Shown here: positions 56,075-64,000 of the stretch, in pieces
Layout: each line of letters starts with the position of its first letter
Position numbering within the stretch: position 1 is the stretch's first letter
DNA from: Lancefieldella parvula
Lineage (GTDB): Bacteria; Actinomycetota; Coriobacteriia; Coriobacteriales; Atopobiaceae
Length of the DNA stretch: 64,000 nucleotides
Assembly: GCF_963547875.1 (NCBI RefSeq)
Contig: NZ_CAUUSI010000004.1
Coordinates: 18,635 to 82,634 of the forward strand
Direction of reading: 5' to 3'
Notes under the pieces: generated by a model
Database searches by the model: none
What the model was told of the DNA's origin: nothing
The model's input: only the letters and a program-made list of their open reading frames with translations
Position numbers and translations under genes: made by a program

Positions 56075-56816
56075 CGTGGATGCTCTTCAGCCTGACAACA
56101 ACCTTGAGATTTTGTACCAAGATGAGTATCTGCTTGCCGTGAATAAACCAGCGGGAATTATCGTTCACGCGGACGGTACCCAAGAGCCCTCGTTAACTGA
56201 GGTAGTTCGCGAGAAACTCCGTGCACTTGAGAGCCCAAGCCAGATAGACCTTTCCCAGGTCCAAGCTCTGAATCGCCTTGATAGAGAGACTACGGGCATT
56301 GTGCTTTTCTCGCTCAAAAAAGAAACGCAGCCACAGTTTGATCAGCTTATTGCCTCCAAGGAGCTTTCCAAAGAGTATCTTGCAGCTGTTAAGGGAGCAT
56401 TTGAACCAAATAAACTGCTGATAGATAAGGCAATTGGAAAAGATCGTCATGATGCTCAGAAGATGAGAATCTCAGCCACAGGTAAGCCTTCTCAAACGGA
56501 GGTACGTCTTATTAAGGTTTCATCGTCAGCACAAGGTCAAATTCAAAGCTTGCTACTGGTCAATTTGCTGACAGGAAGAAAACATCAAATTAGAGTGCAT
56601 CTCTCGTCACTTGGATTTCCTCTGGTAGGAGACATGCTGTACGGAGGTGTGTTGTCTTTTCAGCGTGCGTCAAAAAAGAAGCATAGGCCGCAGCCGTTAA
56701 TGCTTCATGCATATCGCGTTGGATTTATTCATCCAGTCACGGGCGCAAAAATTGTGATTAAAACGGATATTCCAGAGCGATTTTCTTATTTTGGTGTCAC
56801 CGAGGTGGACTTATAG
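56067..56816 (+). CDS. RluA-family pseudouridine synthase
   Basis: The motifs LAVNKPAGIIVH, LNRLDRETTGIVLF and GRKHQIRVHL are present. The GTG start overlaps the LysR stop. Confidence 0.85.
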   Translation: MSSVDALQPDNNLEILYQDEYLLAVNKPAGIIVHADGTQEPSLTEVVREKLRALESPSQIDLSQVQALNRLDRETTGIVLFSLKKETQPQFDQLIASKELSKEYLAAVKGAFEPNKLLIDKAIGKDRHDAQKMRISATGKPSQTEVRLIKVSSSAQGQIQSLLLVNLLTGRKHQIRVHLSSLGFPLVGDMLYGGVLSFQRASKKKHRPQPLMLHAYRVGFIHPVTGAKIVIKTDIPERFSYFGVTEVDL

Positions 56817-56900
56817 TACATACTTTGTGGTAGAGACATACATTCATTTTGTGCGGAAACGTTACCCAGACGTGCATAAAGTGAACGAGGAGGGGGAGAA

Positions 56901-58496
56901 ATGCCTGGCACAATGCGAGGTGTCTATACCAACCTGACTGAAATCCGCAGGAAGGTATTTAAAGAAGTTTCAACGCTTGCGTATGAAAAAGCAGATAAGA
57001 GCGTTGATGAAATTGCTCACCAGATGGAAGAGCTGCCGTACAAGATTATTCCTGGTGATATTGCTACGTATCGTGAGAGCGTCTTCTTGGAGCGCGCTAT
57101 TGTTGGCGAGCGCATTCGCATGACTATGGGCATGCCTATGCAGGGCGTTGATCAACCAGAGCTTATTTCTGACGGCTTGGAAGAGGCCTCTCGACCTGAG
57201 GTTTATTACCAGCCACCGCTGATTAACATCGTTAAGTTTGCGTGTAACGCCTGCGAGGACAACGTGTATCGCGTTACCAACGCGTGCCAAGGTTGTCTTG
57301 CGCACCCTTGTCGAGAGATTTGTCCTAAAGAGGCAATTAGCTTCGTAGACAAAAAGGCATACATTGACCAGGAGAAGTGCATTCAGTGTGGCATGTGCTT
57401 CAAGGTTTGCCCTTACCAGGCAATTCATCACCACGTACGTCCTTGCGCAGCTGCTTGTGGTATGGACGCTATTGGCTCCGATGAGCATGGTCGCGCAGAT
57501 ATTGATTACGAGAAGTGCGTATCTTGTGGCCAGTGCCTGGTCAACTGCCCCTTTGGCGCAATTGCCGATAAGAGCCAGATTTTCCAGGTAATTCAGGCTA
57601 TTAATGAGGGGTACACCGTTGTCCCAATTGTGGCTCCTTCGTTTGTTGGTCAGTTTGGCAAGGGTAGCGTTGGTCGTCTTCGTGAAGCCTTCAAAGAGAT
57701 GGGCTTTGCCGAGGTAGAAGAGGTAGCAACCGGCGCTGACCTTTGTACCGTTCAGGAAGCAGAAGACTTTGTCAAAGAAGTCCCGGAAAAGCTTCCATTT
57801 ATGGGAACAAGCTGCTGTCCTTCCTGGTCTGCCATGGCTAAAAAAGAGCACCCAGAACACGCAGATGCAATCTCTATGGCGCTAACCCCCATGGTTTTGA
57901 CTGCTCGTCTGGTAAGAAAACAAAACCCAGAGTCCAAAATTGTCTTTATTGGGCCATGCACTGCTAAGAAGCTTGAGGCACTGCGTCGTTCCGTTAAGTC
58001 CGAGGTCGATTTTGTTCTGACTTTTGAGGAGCTTGCAGGAATGATGGAGTCTAAGGGTATTGACTACACCAAGCTTGATGACGATAACTCCGACTTTGAA
58101 AATGCTTCTCATGATGGCCGTGCTTTTGCAGTGGCCGGTGGCGTTGCAGGCGCAGTTGTAAACGTCATTCACCAGAAGTACCCCGATAGAGAAGTACCTA
58201 TCATGGCTGTTGACGGTCTTGCTGAGTGCCGAGCTATGCTCAAGGACGCCGTTAAGGGTAAATATCCAGGTTATCTTCTTGAGGGCATGGCTTGCCCAGG
58301 AGGATGCGTTGGTGGCGCCGGTACGTTGAGCGCCGTTAACCGTGCTGCTGCGGCAGTTAAGCGTTACGCAAAGACCGCTTCTTCTGAGCTTGCTTCTTCT
58401 AATAAGTACAACGATCTTATTCCAGAGCTTGCCGGTACCGTCTCGCCTGAGGTTGAGATTGCCGAGGTTCTTGAGGTTCAGAAGCCTGTTGAGTAG
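56901..58496 (+). CDS. Monomeric [FeFe]-hydrogenase-like protein: N-terminal domain, 4Fe-4S ferredoxin-type clusters and an H-cluster domain
   Basis: Two CxxCxxCxxxCP motifs are present (CIQCGMCFKVCP, CVSCGQCLVNCP). H-cluster signatures are TSCCPSW, GPCTAKKLE and MACPGGCVGGAG. The RBS is strong. Confidence 0.8.
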   Translation: MPGTMRGVYTNLTEIRRKVFKEVSTLAYEKADKSVDEIAHQMEELPYKIIPGDIATYRESVFLERAIVGERIRMTMGMPMQGVDQPELISDGLEEASRPEVYYQPPLINIVKFACNACEDNVYRVTNACQGCLAHPCREICPKEAISFVDKKAYIDQEKCIQCGMCFKVCPYQAIHHHVRPCAAACGMDAIGSDEHGRADIDYEKCVSCGQCLVNCPFGAIADKSQIFQVIQAINEGYTVVPIVAPSFVGQFGKGSVGRLREAFKEMGFAEVEEVATGADLCTVQEAEDFVKEVPEKLPFMGTSCCPSWSAMAKKEHPEHADAISMALTPMVLTARLVRKQNPESKIVFIGPCTAKKLEALRRSVKSEVDFVLTFEELAGMMESKGIDYTKLDDDNSDFENASHDGRAFAVAGGVAGAVVNVIHQKYPDREVPIMAVDGLAECRAMLKDAVKGKYPGYLLEGMACPGGCVGGAGTLSAVNRAAAAVKRYAKTASSELASSNKYNDLIPELAGTVSPEVEIAEVLEVQKPVE

Positions 58497-58520
58497 ACAG
58501 GTTTTCTCAAATTACAAGTT

Positions 58521-58550
58521 AAACGCCGGTGCACTGCATCGGCGTTTTTT
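58521..58550 (+). terminator. Rho-independent terminator
   Basis: AAACGCCG-gtgcactgcat-CGGCGTTTTTT. Confidence 0.7.
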
Positions 58551-58592
58551 ATAAGGAACGTAGATTAATAAGGCAATTTACCAGGTAATAAA

Positions 58593-58619
58593 AAAGGATC
58601 TGCGATTAACAGATCCTTT
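58593..58619 (-). terminator. Terminator of the small minus-strand gene
   Basis: AAAGGATCTG-cgattaa-CAGATCCTTT has a T-run on the minus strand. Confidence 0.6.
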
Positions 58620-58664
58620 AAGTTTTAGCTGAGAAATAGTCAACAAAATGCTGATTATTTTGAA

Positions 58665-58973
58665 TTACTCAGATTTTTCGTTCTTCATGGACGCATAGAA
58701 CGTTGCATGCGCAAATACGTCTTTAATGGTTTTTCCATTGATAAAAGGAAGAGCGAGAAATTCGTCTACCGTAGGAACTAGTTCAGAACAATCTACAAAG
58801 TGGTTTTTTGAGTTTCTGATACTGGTGTCTTGAGCTCTCCATGCCTCAAAATTGACATCAGTGAGGTAATAAACCTGGTGTCCGACTTGCATGTACACAG
58901 AGTGATTACTGTGCAGGTACTCTACCAGGTCTTCGTAAGAAATCTGGAGAACCTCAGAACTTTTCTTGCCCAT
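58665..58973 (-). CDS. Hypothetical small protein (102 aa)
   Basis: The ORF is AT-rich, has an AAAGGA RBS and its own terminator. I recognised no family. Confidence 0.5.
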   Translation of the reverse strand: MGKKSSEVLQISYEDLVEYLHSNHSVYMQVGHQVYYLTDVNFEAWRAQDTSIRNSKNHFVDCSELVPTVDEFLALPFINGKTIKDVFAHATFYASMKNEKSE

Positions 58974-59133
58974 GATGCAATCCTTTCCACGTCGCTTGCG
59001 CGCAAATTATGGACGCACTTTTATAGACTATACCGCCCTCAGAATACGCTTATTCAGATGAATTGAGAGGCATAGGCAAGCGGACGTTTTTTCTCGCTCA
59101 ACGGCAATGAACGGATGGTTGCAATTTTTAGTG

Positions 59134-59787
59134 CTAGTATTTGAGAACTTCTTGCACCATTTCTTCTGCGGTATCGCAAAGCGTGGTAGCGCCTGCAGCT
59201 AGAAGCGTTTCTTTATCTCTAAATCCCCAGGTAACGCTAATGCAAGGCATGCCACTGTTGTGTGCTGTTGCAACATCAACCTCTGAGTCTCCAATATAGA
59301 CAGCATTTTGAGGGTCAACGCCAATTTGAGCAAGGGCGTAATGGACAGGCTCGGCATCAGGCTTTCTTTTAAGGTCATCTCGCTGACCCAGAGCAAAGTC
59401 AAATCTGCCTGGGAAGAAATTACTCATTAAATCTGCAATGGCAAAGTCTGGCTTGTTTGAGACAACGGCACATTTAACACCAGCTGCCCTGAGTGTATCA
59501 ACAGCATCAAGTATGCCAGGGTAGGGTGTCGTGTTGTCCAAACTGTGGTCAGCGTAGTGCTCCTTAAAACATGCAAGTACGCGCTGGTATGTTGCGTCAT
59601 CGGTGCCCTTTGGTACCGCATCACGGATAAGCTTTGCAACGCCATTTCCCACCATCTGACGTACTTCATCAACGGTATAGGTGGGCATGTTGAACTGCTC
59701 AAGGGCATAATTTGTTGCCCAAGCAAGATCATCTATAGTGTTGAGTAATGTACCATCAAGATCAAAAACGGCGGCTTTATAGGCCAT
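59134..59787 (-). CDS. HAD-superfamily hydrolase (phosphoglycolate phosphatase-like)
   Basis: Motif I is VFDLDGTLLNT. The motifs VVSNK and IGDSEVDVATAHNSG are also present. Confidence 0.8.
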   Translation of the reverse strand: MAYKAAVFDLDGTLLNTIDDLAWATNYALEQFNMPTYTVDEVRQMVGNGVAKLIRDAVPKGTDDATYQRVLACFKEHYADHSLDNTTPYPGILDAVDTLRAAGVKCAVVSNKPDFAIADLMSNFFPGRFDFALGQRDDLKRKPDAEPVHYALAQIGVDPQNAVYIGDSEVDVATAHNSGMPCISVTWGFRDKETLLAAGATTLCDTAEEMVQEVLKY

Positions 59788-60033
59788 GAAAGCTCCAAGT
59801 TCTTCTCGCCCTGTAAGAGGGCTTGTGTGCATCAATTTCAGTCTAGCGTAAAAGTGTGACGGTAAGTTATTTATTCCTCGTGAATCTCCACTAAGTTTAG
59901 ATTGAGAGGATTCGACTAAACGTTGGAGAGTACAATGTTTTATCTATGAGCAAGAACGTGCCGTCTACACGTTTTTGCCGTCTTGAAGGAGCTTTCCGAT
60001 TTGGCACAGGGAAGCAAAGACGAAAGGATAAAA

Positions 60034-61860
60034 ATGGATTGTTCCTCAGAAACCCCTCAGAATTATTCCGCTCACGCAGCTGTTGATTTGCACAGTATGC
60101 ATACGCATACCTGCGGAGAGCTTCGCGCAGAGCATATCGGCCAGACCGTTACGCTCACTGGTTGGGTTTGGCGTCGTCGTGACTTTGGAGGCCTGATCTT
60201 TGTTGACCTTCGTGATCGCGAGGGTTTGACACAGATTTTATTTGACCCAGATGTCGATGCAGAAACATTTGCAACTGCAGAGACTATTCGTCCTGAGTGG
60301 CCTGTTTTGATTTCTGGTACGGTTCAGCATCGTTCTGAAGGTCAGACTAACGAAGCTCTTGCTACCGGTGAGGTAGAGGTACTTGCTTCAAAGATTGAGG
60401 TCCTTAACACCAGCGCTGTTCCACCATTCCAGATTGAGAACCACATTGATGTTAACGAGGACCTTCGCCTGAGGTATCGCTATGTTGACCTGCGACGTCC
60501 TCAGATGGCACAGAATCTTCGTATGCGTTCTGATTTTGCGTTTGCACTTCGTGAGGCTTTCCATAAGCGTGACTTTACCGAGGTAGAGACTCCAGCGCTG
60601 TTCAAATCTACCCCCGAGGGAGCTCGTGACTTCCTGGTTCCATCCAGAATGCAGGGCGGGAACTTCTATGCACTGCCACAGTCTCCACAGCTGTTGAAGC
60701 AGCTGCTGATGATTGGCGGTGTTGAGCGCTACTACCAGATTACTAAGTGCTTCCGTGATGAGGACCTTCGTGCAGATCGTCAGCCTGAGTTTACGCAGGT
60801 TGATATGGAGATGGCATTTGTCCGCGAGGAAGATGTCATGGCAGAGCTTGAGGATATTCTGGGCGATGCATTTGCAAAGATGGGTATTGAGTTCCCAGCT
60901 CCACTGCGCAAGATTCAGTACTGGGATGCAATGGATACCTACGGCTCCGATAAGCCTGATACCCGCATTGGTATGGAGCTCCACGATGTCTCTGAGGTCT
61001 TCAAGCAATCCAGCTTTAAGCTCTTTAGCTCTGCTGCAACAACTGATGGTCAGTACGTCAAGGCAATCAACGTTAAGGGTGCTGGCACCTGGCCACGTTC
61101 TCAGGTTGATAAACTTGCCGAGGTAGCCGCCGGCTTTGGTGCTAAGGGACTTGCATGGGTTGCCTTCAAAGAGGATGGTTCCGTGGGAGGTCCTATTACC
61201 AAGTTCTTCTCGCCAGAAGAGCTTGACGCACTACGCGCAGAGATGTCTGCTGAGGCAGGGGACTTGATTCTCTTTGCCGTGGGCGGTCGCCTGGAGACAG
61301 ATGAGATTCTTGGCGGTATGCGCCTGCATATGGCAAAGGTCTTGGATGTACCACGAGAAGGTCATGATTTCCTCTGGGTTGTTAACTTCCCACTGTTCCA
61401 CTGGGATGAGGAGACTCAGTCTTACGCCTCTGAGCACCAGCCCTTCACCCTTCCTCGCGAGGATGAGCTTGACCTTCTGGACACCAATCCTCTGGCTATG
61501 GGTTCGTATACCTACGACTTTGTTATGGACGGCTTTGAAGCTGGCGGCGGCGGAATGCGTATCCACAACGCTGAGCTGCAGCTTAAGATTCTGGAGAAAC
61601 TCGGCTTTACTGAAGAGCGCGCAAAGGCTCAGTTTGGCTTCTTGATGGAGGCTCTGACGTTTGGCGCACCTCCAATGGGCGGCTTTGCGCTTGGTCTTGA
61701 CCGCGTGTGCATGCTGCTTGCAGGTGCTGATTCCATCCGCGACGTCATGGCCTTCCCAAAGACTACTTCTGGCTCTGATCTGATGTCTAGCGCTCCTTCA
61801 CCTGTTTCTAATGAGCAGCTCAAAGAGGTTTCGCTTCAGACGCTTCCAAAAGAGGCATAA
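60034..61860 (+). CDS. aspS: Aspartate--tRNA ligase
   Basis: The motifs GWVWRRRDFGGLIFVDLRDREG, FRDEDLRADRQPEFTQVD and GGFALGLDR are present. The start was set at MDCSS, which follows AAAGGA. Confidence 0.95.
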   Translation: MDCSSETPQNYSAHAAVDLHSMHTHTCGELRAEHIGQTVTLTGWVWRRRDFGGLIFVDLRDREGLTQILFDPDVDAETFATAETIRPEWPVLISGTVQHRSEGQTNEALATGEVEVLASKIEVLNTSAVPPFQIENHIDVNEDLRLRYRYVDLRRPQMAQNLRMRSDFAFALREAFHKRDFTEVETPALFKSTPEGARDFLVPSRMQGGNFYALPQSPQLLKQLLMIGGVERYYQITKCFRDEDLRADRQPEFTQVDMEMAFVREEDVMAELEDILGDAFAKMGIEFPAPLRKIQYWDAMDTYGSDKPDTRIGMELHDVSEVFKQSSFKLFSSAATTDGQYVKAINVKGAGTWPRSQVDKLAEVAAGFGAKGLAWVAFKEDGSVGGPITKFFSPEELDALRAEMSAEAGDLILFAVGGRLETDEILGGMRLHMAKVLDVPREGHDFLWVVNFPLFHWDEETQSYASEHQPFTLPREDELDLLDTNPLAMGSYTYDFVMDGFEAGGGGMRIHNAELQLKILEKLGFTEERAKAQFGFLMEALTFGAPPMGGFALGLDRVCMLLAGADSIRDVMAFPKTTSGSDLMSSAPSPVSNEQLKEVSLQTLPKEA

Positions 61861-61905
61861 GCAAATCAGGCAACGCAAGACAGTAAGGTACGTGGTGTTT
61901 TAGTA

Positions 61906-63708
61906 ATGAATGATGCTTCTGTAAAAGAAAAAGCTCCATCTGCTCGCGCTGAGTTAAAGGTAATCTTGGACCATTTTGGCGCGTACAAAAAGGATTTTGT
62001 TATGTCGGGACTCTGTGTGTTTGCAGAGTCCCTACTCGAATTAGTGATTCCTGTACTCATGGCCCAAATTGTTGACCAGGGTATTTTGCAAGGCAACCTT
62101 CAGACTGTTTTTATAAACGGCACCGTTATGGTTGTCTTTGCTCTTCTCGCCATGTTTGCTGGTATTGGCTATGCGCGCTACTCAGCAAAAGCAGCTATGG
62201 GACTAGGCGCTCAACTCAGACAAGATGAATATCGCCGAATGGAAGAGTTTGCTTTTGCAAATCTTGATAAATACGATTCATCCTCTTTGGTTACGCGTTT
62301 GACTTCTGATGTAACCATTATTCAGAACGCCTTTGCAATGGGTACACGCCCGTTTATGCGTGGACCAATTATGCTGGTCATGGGCTTGGTTATGGCGTTT
62401 ATTATGAGCCCAGAGCTGGCGGTAGTTTATTTTGCTGTACTGCCTTTCTTGGCCATTGCACTCTTCTTTATTGTGAAGCGCGTTGGCCCTTTGTACCGCG
62501 TTATGCAAGGCGCAATGGATAAGCTTAACGAGGCGCTGCAGGAAGACTTTGCTGCGGTGCGAGCGATTAAGGCATATGTCCGAGAAGGATATGTCTCCGA
62601 GCGCTTTGAAAAAGTTAATACCCAGTATGCGCAGACTGCTACAAAGACCTTTGGCACGTCCGTCTTAAACCTGCCTATTTTCCAGGCTTCAATGTATGTC
62701 ACTAACGTGGCTATCCTTTGGTTTGGTGGTCAGATGATTATGGCTGGCAGACTGGGTGTTGGTGAGCTTACGGGCTTCATGAGTTACGTATTGCTTATCA
62801 TGAACTCTCTTATGATGATTTCTGGCGTGTTCTTGCTTACTGCTCGCGCCATTACCAGCGTGCGTCGAATCGGAGAGATTCTTTCCGAGGAGCCTGCTAT
62901 TGAGTCTCCAGAGCACGGTTTGACTGACGTTAAAAATGGTGCAGTACGCTTTGAAAACGTATCTTTCAAGTACAGTCAGAGTGCTGAAGAGGATGTCCTT
63001 GAAGACATTGATCTCTCGTTTGCGCCAGGCTCTACCGTTGGTATTCTCGGTGGCACTGGTTCCGGAAAAACCACTCTTATCCAGCTGATTGCACGCTTAT
63101 ATGATGCAACTGAAGGCACCGTGTTTGTTGGCGAGAATAACGTCCGCTCCTACAATCTTGTTTCACTTCGTGATGCGGTGTCTGTTGTCCTTCAGAAAAA
63201 TGTGCTGTTCAGCGGTACCGTCCGCGACAACCTGCTCTGGGGAGATCCCAACGCTACTGACGAGGAACTGCTTCACGCCTGCTCTATTGCATGTGTTGAT
63301 GAGTTCCTAGATAGGATTGGCGGCTTGGACGGAGATCTTGGCCAGGGTGGCGTCAATGTTTCTGGTGGCCAGAAGCAGCGCCTTTGCATTGCACGTGCGC
63401 TTTTGAAGAAGCCAAAAATCATCATTTTTGACGACTCTACCAGTGCAGTTGATACAGCAACCGACGCAAAGATTCGCGCAGGCCTTGCTGAGCTTGCTGA
63501 CATGACAAAGATCATCATTGCTCAGCGTGTGAACTCCGTTATGGACTCAGATCAGATTGTCGTTCTTGATAACGGTAGGGTCCATATGACTGGCACTCAC
63601 ACAGAACTTCTCGCCAAGAGCCCTATCTATAGAGAGCTGTATGAGTCGCAGATTGGCGGTAGTCAATCGGATATTGATGCTGCTGGTAAGGAGGTGTCAC
63701 ATGGCTAA
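61906..63708 (+). CDS. ABC exporter, fused permease/ATPase (type I, MDR-like), subunit 1
   Basis: Six N-terminal TM segments are followed by GGTGSGKTT, VSGGQKQRLCIARAL and IIFDDSTSAVD. Confidence 0.9.
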   Translation: MNDASVKEKAPSARAELKVILDHFGAYKKDFVMSGLCVFAESLLELVIPVLMAQIVDQGILQGNLQTVFINGTVMVVFALLAMFAGIGYARYSAKAAMGLGAQLRQDEYRRMEEFAFANLDKYDSSSLVTRLTSDVTIIQNAFAMGTRPFMRGPIMLVMGLVMAFIMSPELAVVYFAVLPFLAIALFFIVKRVGPLYRVMQGAMDKLNEALQEDFAAVRAIKAYVREGYVSERFEKVNTQYAQTATKTFGTSVLNLPIFQASMYVTNVAILWFGGQMIMAGRLGVGELTGFMSYVLLIMNSLMMISGVFLLTARAITSVRRIGEILSEEPAIESPEHGLTDVKNGAVRFENVSFKYSQSAEEDVLEDIDLSFAPGSTVGILGGTGSGKTTLIQLIARLYDATEGTVFVGENNVRSYNLVSLRDAVSVVLQKNVLFSGTVRDNLLWGDPNATDEELLHACSIACVDEFLDRIGGLDGDLGQGGVNVSGGQKQRLCIARALLKKPKIIIFDDSTSAVDTATDAKIRAGLAELADMTKIIIAQRVNSVMDSDQIVVLDNGRVHMTGTHTELLAKSPIYRELYESQIGGSQSDIDAAGKEVSHG

Positions 63709-64000
63709 TCGCGCAGGAGGAGCACGTCCTCAGAACATCGGACATACCATTAGAGTGTTTGTCTCGTACTTAGGGCATGCTAAGAAGCGCCTTATGTTGG
63801 TGGCACTTCTTGTTTCTATCAGCGGTTTAACGGCACTCCTTGGCACCTACATGATTAAGCCTGTTGTTGCTGCAGTGGGCAGGGGAGACGTAAACGCATT
63901 TACCAACCTCATTGTATTTACAGCGGTTGTGTATGCAATTGGCGCTCTTACCAGTGTTGGTTACACGCAAATTATGGTTCGTGCTGCTCAGAGAATTGTT
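63701..64000 (+). CDS. ABC exporter fused permease/ATPase, subunit 2 (N-terminal 100 aa; continues beyond the window)
   Basis: The ATG at 63701 follows AAGGAGG and overlaps the upstream stop (ATGGCTAA). The translation MANRAGGARPQN...LMLVALLVSISGL is typical of the partner subunit in a heterodimeric exporter. Confidence 0.8.
   Translation, partial: MANRAGGARPQNIGHTIRVFVSYLGHAKKRLMLVALLVSISGLTALLGTYMIKPVVAAVGRGDVNAFTNLIVFTAVVYAIGALTSVGYTQIMVRAAQRIV

Noticed and set aside
56970-57860. 296-aa minus-strand ORF
   Set aside because: It is antisense to the [FeFe]-hydrogenase gene, whose Cys motifs are unambiguous.
1-64000. tRNA or rRNA genes, prophage, integrase, restriction-modification or CRISPR-Cas loci
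   Set aside because: I scanned the intergenic regions by eye for tRNA T-arm/acceptor patterns and scanned the ORF translations for recombinase, methylase or Cas motifs. I found none, but eye scanning cannot exclude small RNAs.

Overview
This is a 64-kb chromosomal segment from a Gram-positive anaerobe of moderate GC content. Spot counts give roughly 47-55% GC in core genes. Gene content (sufCBDSU, a monomeric [FeFe]-hydrogenase, sortase-type surface proteins, an Asp23 locus) suggests a Coriobacteriia-like actinobacterium, but the taxon is inference only. I call about 55 protein genes. I saw no rRNA, tRNA, CRISPR array, integrase or classical transposase.

The backbone is housekeeping:
- pyrE (partial), asnS, hisS, aspS, pcrA, uppP, mtnN, fba
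- a Pit/DUF47 phosphate pair and an amaP-DUF2273-asp23 stress locus
- a TPP-riboswitch-controlled thiXYZ-type ABC importer
- a sufC-B-D-S-U-rrf2 operon
- peptidases of the M20, M16 and M18 families
- several ABC, MATE, EamA, NhaC and MscS transporters

Visibly AT-richer accessory patches interrupt this backbone:
1. 6.9-8.6 kb holds a membrane protein plus a ~500-bp non-coding, MITE-like unit with nested inverted repeats.
2. 41.45-43.09 kb holds a single-gene cassette. It has 130-bp imperfect terminal inverted repeats built from phased ~31-bp sub-repeats, identical 15-bp direct repeats outside them, and a DUF559/PD-(D/E)xK-like ORF. I rank this as the most unusual object in the window.
3. 50.5-53.5 kb holds an orphan module resembling a lactococcin-972 immunity/ABC pair, with no bacteriocin gene.
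4. 58.6-59.0 kb holds a small orphan gene.

Other oddities:
- a histidine-phosphatase protein with a CHAD-like C-terminal domain
- a dispersed intergenic GGCGAGAAACCCG hairpin family
- a GC-rich tandem-repeat spacer
- a beta-helix adhesin with a non-canonical TPDTG sorting motif

All protein calls rest on motif recognition by eye, not on searches. Hairpin coordinates were located by hand and may be off by 1-3 nt.
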